A stretch of 64,000 nt of DNA from NCBI GenBank assembly GCA_963806225.1, contig CAWDXG010000001.1, forward strand, positions 1,408,001 through 1,472,000, given 5' to 3'. The position numbers were made by a program, and so were the translations under genes. Positions 19,995 to 27,581 of the stretch are shown in pieces (position 1 is the stretch's first letter; every line of letters begins with the position of its first letter). The DNA is from an uncultured delta proteobacterium (GTDB lineage: Bacteria; Myxococcota_A; Polyangia; Polyangiales; Polyangiaceae). The notes beneath the pieces are model-generated. The model made no database searches. It was not told the DNA's origin and saw only the letters and a program-made list of their open reading frames with translations.

Positions 19995-21178
19995 TTACTT
20001 GCTCGGCAAGCCGAGGATGTACTTGGCGATGACGTTGCGCTGGATCTCGTTCGACCCGGCGTAGATGGTCGCCGCGCGCAGGTAGTTGAAGCCCGAGGCG
20101 ACCCACTGCTCGCGCGGCGGCACGACGCCGGGCTCGTTGAACCAGGCCAGCGAGTTGTGCCCCATCGCCTCCATGGTCAGGTCCGCGGCGGCCTGCTGGA
20201 TCTCGGTGCCGCGGAGCTTGAGGATGCTCGACTCCGGGCCCGGTGCGTGACCGAGCTGCGCGCTGGCGAGGGTGCGGTAGTTCGCCATGCGCGAGCGCCT
20301 CGAGCTTCATTTCCAGGCGCGCGACCTTGGCGCGGAAGCCGGTGTGCTCGAGCAGCGGCTTGCCGTCCACGATGGTCTCCGCCGCGATGCGCTTCATGCG
20401 CAGGATGGCGCGACCGCTGATGCCGACGCCGGCGACCAGCGTGCGCTCGTGGCCGAGCAGCGCCTTGGCGTAGGTCCAGCCCATGTTCAGCTCGCCGACC
20501 AGGTTGTCCTTCGGCACCTCGACGTTCTCGAACCACGTCTCGCAGAAGGCGGGCGTGCCGCCGGTGGTGAGGAAGGGTTTCACCGTGACGCCTGGCGCCT
20601 TCATGTCGCACAGGATGAAGCTGATGCCGGACTGCTTCTTCACGTCGGGGTTGGTGCGCGCCAGAACGAAGATCCAGTCGGCGTACTGCGCGTAGGTTGT
20701 CCAGGTCTTCTGCCCGTTGAGCAGGAAGTGATCGCCTTTGTCCTCGGCGCGGAGCTGCAGCGAGGCGAGGTCACTGCCGGCGTTCGGCTCGGAGTAGCCC
20801 TGGCACCACACTTCCTCGCCGCTGAGGATCTTCGGCAGGAAGCGCTCTTTCTGCTGGTCGTTGCCGAACTGGATGATGAGCGGGCCCACCATGGCCAATC
20901 CGAAGGGGCTCAGGCCGGGCGTGCCGGCAAGCTCGAGCTCCTCCGAGAAGATGAAGCGACGCGTCGCGTCCCAACCTGGACCGCCGACCTCCTTCGGCCA
21001 GTGCGGAGCGACCCAGCCCTTCTTGGCGAGGATCTTGTGCCACTCCATGATCTCCTTCATGCTCGAAGTTGCCGTCGACGTCGGCCTTCTTCTTGATGTG
21101 GGCGGGCATCGCCGAGCTGATCCACTCGCGCACCTCGTTGCGGAACGCGATCTGCTCCGGTGAAAACGACATGTCCAT
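19995..21178 (-). CDS. Acyl-CoA dehydrogenase, two apparent +1 frameshifts
   Basis: Motifs 'WCQGYSEPNAGSDLASL', 'NGQKTWT' and 'TIYAGSNEIQRNVI'. Breaks lie near 21061 and 20293. Confidence 0.9.
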
Positions 21179-21309
21179 GAGTCGAGCTCCCTGTTTCTTC
21201 CCGCACGCCAGCGCGGGCGCGGGATATATAACACAGTGCGGCATAGCGCCGGACGCCGGGTAGGCAAGCCCTCGACTGCGCGCTCGCTCTGCGCTATTCG
21301 CCGCCCCCC

Positions 21310-22413
21310 ATGGGTTTCTCGTGTGGCATCGTCGGTCTGCCCAACGTGGGCAAGAGCACGCTCTTCAATGCGCTTTCGAGCGCCGGCGCGGAGGCGCAGA
21401 ATTTTCCGTTCTGCACCATCGAGCCCAACGTCGGCGTAGTGCCGGTGCCGGACGAGCGGCTGGAGGCGCTGGTCAAGCTCTACGAGCCGAAGAGCCGGGT
21501 GCCAACGACGATCCGCTTCGTGGACATTGCAGGGCTCGTCCGGGGGGCGTCGAAGGGCGAGGGGCTCGGCAACCAGTTCCTGTCGCATATCCGCGAGGTG
21601 GACGCAGTGGCGCACGTGGTGCGGTGCTTCACCGACGAGAACGTCACGCATGTCGAAGGCAAGGTGGACCCCGTCTCGGACATCGACACGATCCACACCG
21701 AGCTCGGTCTGAAAGATCTGGAGACCGTCAACAAGCGGCTCGAGCGCGCACGCAAGCAGAGCAAGAGCGGCGACCCGGTCGAGCGCGCCGCGGTCGCGCT
21801 GTGCGAGAAGATGGCGGGGCACCTCGATGCCGGCAAGCCCGCGCGGACGTTCGAGGTCGAGGGCGACACCGAGCGCACCATCGTGCGCGAGCTGTCGCTG
21901 CTCACGGACAAGCCCGTCTTCTACGTCGCGAACGTCGACGAGAGCTCGCTCGGCCACGTCGAGGACAACCCGCACTACCAGGCGCTGAAGAAGCTGGCTG
22001 ACTCCGAGGGCGCCGAGGTGGTGCCGATCTGCGCCGCGTTGGAAGCGCAGATCGCGGAGCTGGACGCGGAGGATCGCCCCGAGTTTCTCGAGAGCGCGGG
22101 GCTGTCCGAGCCCGGGTTGAACCAGGTGATCCGCACCGGCTACCGGCTGCTCGGACTGATCACGTTCCTCACGGCGGGCGAGGACGAGTGTCGCGCCTGG
22201 ACCGTGCAGCACGGGGCGACGGCGCCGCAGGCGGCGGGCGTTATCCACACCGATTTCGAGCGCGGCTTCATCAAGGCCGAGGTCATCTGGTGGGAAGATC
22301 TCATCCAACTCGGCAGCGAGGCGAAGTGCCGTGAAGCGGGCAAGCTCGCTATCGAAGGCAAAGACTACGTCGTCCGCGACGGCGACGTGATCCACTTCCG
22401 TTTCAACGTCTAG
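21310..22413 (+). CDS. ychF: Redox-regulated ATPase YchF
   Basis: Motifs GIVGLPNVGKST, 'FPFCTIEPN', 'DIAGLV.GAS.GEGLGNQFL', 'HTDFERGFI' and terminal 'FRFNV'. Confidence 0.98.
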   Translation: MGFSCGIVGLPNVGKSTLFNALSSAGAEAQNFPFCTIEPNVGVVPVPDERLEALVKLYEPKSRVPTTIRFVDIAGLVRGASKGEGLGNQFLSHIREVDAVAHVVRCFTDENVTHVEGKVDPVSDIDTIHTELGLKDLETVNKRLERARKQSKSGDPVERAAVALCEKMAGHLDAGKPARTFEVEGDTERTIVRELSLLTDKPVFYVANVDESSLGHVEDNPHYQALKKLADSEGAEVVPICAALEAQIAELDAEDRPEFLESAGLSEPGLNQVIRTGYRLLGLITFLTAGEDECRAWTVQHGATAPQAAGVIHTDFERGFIKAEVIWWEDLIQLGSEAKCREAGKLAIEGKDYVVRDGDVIHFRFNV

Positions 22414-22470
22414 GGGCGGGAGATCGCTCGCTGGCACGCATACGGCGAAGCGACAGCGAGCCCGCGATGA

Positions 22471-22546
22471 GCGAAGCGAATCGCGTCGGGGGTCCGGGGG
22501 CGGTGAGCCCCCGGCGGACGACTACGGTGGGGGTGGGCGGGTGGGA
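22471..22546. repeat. 76-bp dispersed intergenic repeat, copy 1
   Basis: 69/76 identical by manual alignment to the reverse complement of 33712-33787. Contains the hairpin CCGGGGG-CGGTGAG-CCCCCGG. Confidence 0.9.
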
Positions 22547-22548
22547 CA

Positions 22549-23070
22549 CTAGTGACCGTGCGTGGCCCAGTGGCGGAAGGTCTCCACCGGTGCCGGGCCA
22601 CCGAACCAGCCGTAGAAGCGTGCGAGCCACACGATGAGGAGGAGCGCGAAGGTGACGCCGGCGACGGGGCCGATGATGCGGCTGAACCAGCGCCGGAGTG
22701 GACCGGGTGATCTGCCCGGCACGGGCCCGCGGACGAAGTCGTAGAGGCTCGCCAGAACGCCGCCGATGTACAGTGGCGAGACCAGCAGCACGAGCGGGTG
22801 CATGTGCAGAGCGGCCGACAGATTGCCGTGGAGCAGGTCCAGCGTGGCCCGTGTCAAACCGCAGCCGGGGCAGGGGACGCCGAACGCTGCTGCGGTGGGA
22901 CAGATCGGGACGCTGGAAAGCACGAGCCCCACGATCGGCAGGCCGAACAGCGCCACGATGCCGGCGCGCTTGAGCTGCCCGGCGCGCCCGCCGTAGGGAT
23001 CGACGGTCGCCTCGTCGCTGGACGGCTCGCTGTCGCTGACGACGTGCTGCACAGCGCGATGATAGCCCAT
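22549..23070 (-). CDS. DUF2752-like membrane protein
   Basis: 'ICP....GVPCPGCGLTRA...HPL' motif and three hydrophobic segments. Start uncertain. Confidence 0.85.
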   Translation of the reverse strand: MGYHRAVQHVVSDSEPSSDEATVDPYGGRAGQLKRAGIVALFGLPIVGLVLSSVPICPTAAAFGVPCPGCGLTRATLDLLHGNLSAALHMHPLVLLVSPLYIGGVLASLYDFVRGPVPGRSPGPLRRWFSRIIGPVAGVTFALLLIVWLARFYGWFGGPAPVETFRHWATHGH

Positions 23071-23076
23071 GGAACG

Positions 23077-23105
23077 AAAGAGGCACCCGCATGGGGTGCC
23101 TCTTT
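23077..23105. terminator. Intrinsic terminator (potentially bidirectional)
   Basis: 12-bp perfect stem AAAGAGGCACCC-GCATG-GGGTGCCTCTTT just downstream of the minus-strand gene ending at 23129. Confidence 0.8.
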
Positions 23106-23128
23106 TCGAATCCAGAACGGCTGGATGC

Positions 23129-24493
23129 CTACTGCATGCCGCCGGGTGGCGGGCCGCCGGGTGGCGGGCCGCCGGGTGCCATTCCGCCGGGTGGCGGGCC
23201 GCCGGGGGCCTGTCCGCCTGCCGCCTGGAACACCTCGTTGAGATCCGCAGGCAGGAAGTACAGACCGAGCAGGAGGTACAGGATGGGATGGGGCACCGAA
23301 GCGTTCGGCACTCCGGCCATCTGCTTCGCTTCCAGCACCTTCGCCGGCAGACCCCAGATGAAGATGATGTTCATGATCGGGATGAAGATCATGATGGGGT
23401 TGATGTCGTCCTTCTGCCTGAAGGCCTTCAGCTCGTTGACCATCGACCACAATGCGAAGATTGCGTAGATGAAGCAGACGTAGCTGAGCAGGAAGGTGAC
23501 GATGGGGTTGCGTACGTTACCGATCGGGCCGTGCGGTCCAGTTGGAACGATCGGCGCAGCGCCCTGACCGGGCTGTTGCACGCCGAAGTGCGGAGCACCG
23601 TCGATGGCGTGGGGCGGAGCGCCGGGCGCACCGCCGGGGGGCGGGCCGTACTGGCCAGGCGCACCACCCGGAGGCGGGCCGTACTGGCCAGGCGCACCAC
23701 CGGGGGGCGGGCCACCGGGGGGCGGGCCACCAGGCGGAGGGCCGAACTGACCGGGCGGGCCGCCAGGCGGAGGGCCGCCGGGGGGAGGGCCACCAGGCGG
23801 AGGGCCACCAGGCGGAGGGCCGAACTGTCCGGGCGGGCCGCCGGGAGGGGCCCCACCAGGCGGAGGGCCACCAGGCGGAGGGCCGAACTGTCCGGGCGGG
23901 CCGCCGGGAGGGGCCCCACCAGGCGGAGGGCCTCCGAAAGGAGGGCCCCCGGGTGCACCGGGGGGAGGCCCGCCAGGAGGCGCTCCGCCAACACCGCCAG
24001 CACCCGGAACGGCGCCCTGCGGTCCCGGCGGCGGAAATCCTCCACCCGCCAGCGGGCTCGGCCCGGCCACGACGGTGCCGCCGAGAGGATTCACTTCACC
24101 GGGTGCACCCGGCGGAGGTCCACCCGGAACGCCAGCCGGGGGCCCACCCGGCGCTGCGCCCGGCGGGGGTCCACCTGGCGGGGGCGGCGCCGGAGGAGCT
24201 ACAGCTCCCGGCGAGGGGGGTGCGACGCCGAGCATCGTACCTTTCATCGCGGGCTTGGGAGCGGCCGGTGCTGCAGGCGGCGCCGGCGGCGCGCCGGGCG
24301 CAGGAGCGCCGGGCGCCGGCGGCGCGCCGGGCGCCGGAGCACCTCCACCCGGGCGCGGGATGCTGGGCGGTGCATTCATCATCAGCATCGTGCCCTTGAA
24401 CTTCGGGGCCGCCGCGCCCTTGAGGTTGAAGCCACACTTCGTGCAAGTCGTTCCGGTATCCGGATTCTGCGTCCCACAGTTCGGGCAAAACAC
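23129..24493 (-). CDS. Zinc-ribbon, Pro/Gly-rich repeat, DUF4234-like membrane protein
   Basis: N-terminal CPNCG...CTKCG, a long GGPPP low-complexity tract, then 'RNPIVTFLLS..CFIY..W....EL' and TM helices ending 'QADLN'-like 'PADLN'. Confidence 0.8.
   Translation of the reverse strand: MFCPNCGTQNPDTGTTCTKCGFNLKGAAAPKFKGTMLMMNAPPSIPRPGGGAPAPGAPPAPGAPAPGAPPAPPAAPAAPKPAMKGTMLGVAPPSPGAVAPPAPPPPGGPPPGAAPGGPPAGVPGGPPPGAPGEVNPLGGTVVAGPSPLAGGGFPPPGPQGAVPGAGGVGGAPPGGPPPGAPGGPPFGGPPPGGAPPGGPPGQFGPPPGGPPPGGAPPGGPPGQFGPPPGGPPPGGPPPGGPPPGGPPGQFGPPPGGPPPGGPPPGGAPGQYGPPPGGAPGQYGPPPGGAPGAPPHAIDGAPHFGVQQPGQGAAPIVPTGPHGPIGNVRNPIVTFLLSYVCFIYAIFALWSMVNELKAFRQKDDINPIMIFIPIMNIIFIWGLPAKVLEAKQMAGVPNASVPHPILYLLLGLYFLPADLNEVFQAAGGQAPGGPPPGGMAPGGPPPGGPPPGGMQ
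23620..23960 (-). repeat. Coding tandem repeats (GGPPPGGAPPGGPPGQFGPPP x2 plus variant; GGAPGQYGPPP x2)
   Basis: Visible repeated 63-nt and 33-nt units within the Pro-rich gene. Boundaries approximate. Confidence 0.8.
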
Positions 24494-24661
24494 TCGTCAC
24501 CTCCCGTTCCCGCCAGAAGGCCCGGCGGCGAGGGCCGCCAGCCTACACGCGCTCGAACCGGATTCTCAAGACTATCGCAACGGTTTATGTCCTATCGGCT
24601 TCGCTTTCCGCACGGCCGGCCGCAACCGTCAGAGGTGGCTCCCGGGGCACGGAGAGCGCTA

Positions 24662-24691
24662 TTGACACGCGCGATTGGCCCTCACTACGGT
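24662..24691 (+). promoter_or_regulatory. Probable sigma70-type promoter of the nuoE-N operon
   Basis: TTGACA-N18-TACGGT about 100 bp upstream of nuoE. Confidence 0.55.
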
Positions 24692-24795
24692 TCGCTCGCC
24701 CGGAGCGCCGGGCACAGGCCGATCGCGCCTGGTCCGGTCGCTACCCTGGAATTTCCCGGGGTCGGGCGAGCGCCAACAGAAAGACGGAAAAGTCC

Positions 24796-25281
24796 ATGGC
24801 ATTCGCGCTCAGCGAGGAGCGGGAGAGAGAGTTCAAGCAGATCCTCTCGCGCTACCCGAACAAGATGGCCGCGTGCATCCCGGTTCTCCACCTCTGTCAG
24901 GAGGCGAACGACAACTGGGTGAGCGAGGACGTCATCGCCTTCGTGGCCGAGCGACTTGACCTGAGCACGGCCCACGTCAAGGGCGTTGTGACGTTCTACA
25001 CGCTGTTCAACCAGGAGCGGCCGGGCAAGCACCAGGTCTGGGTCTGCCGCACGCTGTCGTGCGCGCTCAGGGGCAGCGACAGCATCCTCTCGCATTGCGA
25101 GAAGAAGCTCGGCATCCACGCGGGTGAGACCACCAAGGATGGGCGCGTCACCCTGCGTACAGCCGAGTGCCTGGCCTCATGCGGGACCGCGCCGATGATG
25201 CAGGTCGATCGCACCTACTACGAGAACCTCAGCGCCGACGAGGTCGATCGCATTCTCGATCGACTGCTGTACGAGAGCTGA
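24796..25281 (+). CDS. nuoE: NADH-quinone oxidoreductase subunit E
   Basis: 'VVTFYTLF', [2Fe-2S] ligands 'CRTLSC' and 'CLASC..AP', and 'YYENL'. Confidence 0.95.
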   Translation: MAFALSEEREREFKQILSRYPNKMAACIPVLHLCQEANDNWVSEDVIAFVAERLDLSTAHVKGVVTFYTLFNQERPGKHQVWVCRTLSCALRGSDSILSHCEKKLGIHAGETTKDGRVTLRTAECLASCGTAPMMQVDRTYYENLSADEVDRILDRLLYES

Positions 25282-25302
25282 TCCAGGACGCGTACCTCCC
25301 CG

Positions 25303-26649
25303 ATGCTCAAGCAGACCACCTACCTTACGAAGAACTACGGCAAGCCCGACGGCTTCAAGCTTGCCGCCTACGAGCAGAGCGGTGGCTACCGTAGCGCCCG
25401 CAAGGCCCTCGGCTTGACCCGCGAAGCGGTCGTGGAGGAAGTGAAGAAGGCGCACATCCGGGGCCGCGGCGGCGCCGGATTCGATTGCGGAACGAAGTGG
25501 AGCTTCATGCCCAAGGAGGTGAAGAAGTCCCACTACCTGGTCGTGAACGCCGACGAAGGCGAGCCCGGGACCTTCAAGGACCGGACGATCATGGAGCAGA
25601 ATCCGCACGCCCTGATCGAGGGTGCGATCATCGGCTGCTACGGGATCGGCGCCCACACCTGCTACATCTACGTCCGCGACGAGCTGCACCTCTCGAAGGA
25701 GCGGCTGTGGGCGGCAATTGCCGAGGCGAAGGCGAAGGGCTATCTCGGCAAGACGCCCTTCGGCCGCCCCTACGAGGTCGAGATCTACGTCCACACGGGC
25801 GCCGGCGCCTACATCTGCGGGGAGGAAACGGCCCTGCTGGAATCACTCGGCGGCAAGCGCGGCGAGCCGCGGCTCAAGCCGCCTTTCCCGGCGCAATACG
25901 GTGCCTTCGGCTTCCCGTCCACGGTCAACAACGTGGAGACGATCGCGTCCGTGCCGACGGTGTTCGAGCTGGGCGGCGACGCTTTCAGCCGACTCAGCGA
26001 TCTGCACCGTTTCAACGACGGCGGCGTGCGCCTGTTCGGCGTCAGTGGCCACGTGAACAAGCCGGGCATCTACGAGTGCGCCGTCGGCCTCACGCTGCGC
26101 GAGCTCATCTACGAGCTGGGCGGTGGCGTGCAGGGCGACCGCGAGATCCTCGGGGTGATCCCGGGCGGCTCCTCGTGTCCGGTTCACCTGCCGGACGAGG
26201 TCGTGAACGTCGAGAACGACGAGCGTTTCGCGCCGTACAACGGCAAGAGCATCCTCGACCTGCCGCTCGGCGTGGACACCTTCCGTGGCGCCGGCAGCAT
26301 GCTCGGTACGTGCTGCGCCATCGTGATGAGCGACGCTGCCGACCCGGTGCTGGCGCTGCACAACGTGATGCGCTTCTACCGACACGAATCGTGCGGCCAG
26401 TGCACGCCGTGTCGCGAAGGTTGTGGCTGGATCGAGCGCATCCTGGACAAGGTGGTGGCGGGCACCGCGAGCATCGAGGAGCTGGATCTCGTCAGCGAGA
26501 TCGCTTCCGACATTACCGGCAACACGATCTGTGCCTTCGGCGATGGCGCCGCACAGCCGGCGCTCGCGTTCATCCGCAAGTACCGGAAGCACTTCGAGGA
26601 CTACATCCTTAACGGCGGCAAGTCGCAGACGCGGACACTGGTGATATGA
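25303..26649 (+). CDS. nuoF: NADH-quinone oxidoreductase subunit F
   Basis: Motifs 'RGRGGAGF', 'NADEGEPGTFKDR', 'GAGAYICGEET', 'ESCGQCTPCREG' and 'TICAFGD'. Confidence 0.97.
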   Translation: MLKQTTYLTKNYGKPDGFKLAAYEQSGGYRSARKALGLTREAVVEEVKKAHIRGRGGAGFDCGTKWSFMPKEVKKSHYLVVNADEGEPGTFKDRTIMEQNPHALIEGAIIGCYGIGAHTCYIYVRDELHLSKERLWAAIAEAKAKGYLGKTPFGRPYEVEIYVHTGAGAYICGEETALLESLGGKRGEPRLKPPFPAQYGAFGFPSTVNNVETIASVPTVFELGGDAFSRLSDLHRFNDGGVRLFGVSGHVNKPGIYECAVGLTLRELIYELGGGVQGDREILGVIPGGSSCPVHLPDEVVNVENDERFAPYNGKSILDLPLGVDTFRGAGSMLGTCCAIVMSDAADPVLALHNVMRFYRHESCGQCTPCREGCGWIERILDKVVAGTASIEELDLVSEIASDITGNTICAFGDGAAQPALAFIRKYRKHFEDYILNGGKSQTRTLVI

Positions 26650-27257
26650 GCGCGGGATCCCTCTTTTTCGCAGTGTGTGGCCTGGTGTGCCTCGTGGGCG
26701 CGCTGGTCACCGTGCTCGCGCAGAACCCCATTCGCGGTGCAATGGGCCTGCTCGCGACCATCCTGGGCATCGCGGGGCTGTTCATGGAGCTGCACGCGCA
26801 ATTCTTGGCGGCCATCCAGCTCATCGTCTACGCCGGCGCGGTCATCGTGCTGTTCGTGTTCGTGATCATGCTGCTCGGACCGGACGCGGGCAGCGCAGGC
26901 CCGGGCAAGGCGCGGGCATCCCGCTGGTTCGGCGGCGGCCTGACAGCGCTGCTCTCGGGCGCTGCGCTGTATCTGGCAGGGGCGCACTCCACCGGAGCGA
27001 CGGTGTTCCTGCCGGCGCGACCGGAGCACGGCACCGTCGAAGCGGTGGGCGGCATGCTCTTCGGCAAGGGCCTGGTGCCATTCGAGCTGGCGACCGCGCT
27101 CTTGATTGTCGCGGTTGTCGGCGCGATTGCCGTGGCGCGGTCGCAGAACAAGAAGAAGATCGTCGAAAAGCCCGAGGGCGAGACGCGGCGCATGTTCGTC
27201 GGCCCGCTGCATCCCCGCGACGCGGGTCATCCCATCGAGAAGGAGCCGGCAGAGTGA
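26646..27257 (+). CDS. nuoJ: NADH-quinone oxidoreductase subunit J
   Basis: Motifs 'AQFLAAIQLIVYAGAVIVLFVFVIMLL' and 'PFELA.ALL'. Confidence 0.95.
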   Translation: MSAGSLFFAVCGLVCLVGALVTVLAQNPIRGAMGLLATILGIAGLFMELHAQFLAAIQLIVYAGAVIVLFVFVIMLLGPDAGSAGPGKARASRWFGGGLTALLSGAALYLAGAHSTGATVFLPARPEHGTVEAVGGMLFGKGLVPFELATALLIVAVVGAIAVARSQNKKKIVEKPEGETRRMFVGPLHPRDAGHPIEKEPAE

Positions 27258-27571
27258 ACGCCCTCGGCCACGTGCTCGAGCACTACGTGCTGTTGTCTTC
27301 GCTGATCTTCACCATCGGCGCCCTCGGCTTTCTGGTGCGCCGCAACACACTGGTGCAGCTGATGAGCATCGAGCTGATGCTCAACGCGGTGAACCTGGCC
27401 CTCGTCGCCTTCAACCGCGTTCACGGCGACAACATGGACGGCCAGATGTTCGCCTTCTTCATCATCGCCATCGCCGCGGCCGAGGCGGCGGTGGGGCTCG
27501 CCATCCTGCTTTCCCTCTACCGCCTGCGCTCGACCGTGAACAGCGACGAAGCGGATACCTTGCGGCACTGA
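27254..27571 (+). CDS. nuoK: NADH-quinone oxidoreductase subunit K
   Basis: GTG start overlaps the nuoJ stop. Motifs 'RRN...LMSIELMLNAVN' and 'AAAEAAVGLAI'. Confidence 0.95.
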   Translation: MNALGHVLEHYVLLSSLIFTIGALGFLVRRNTLVQLMSIELMLNAVNLALVAFNRVHGDNMDGQMFAFFIIAIAAAEAAVGLAILLSLYRLRSTVNSDEADTLRH

Positions 27572-27581
27572 CCTACCTCCC

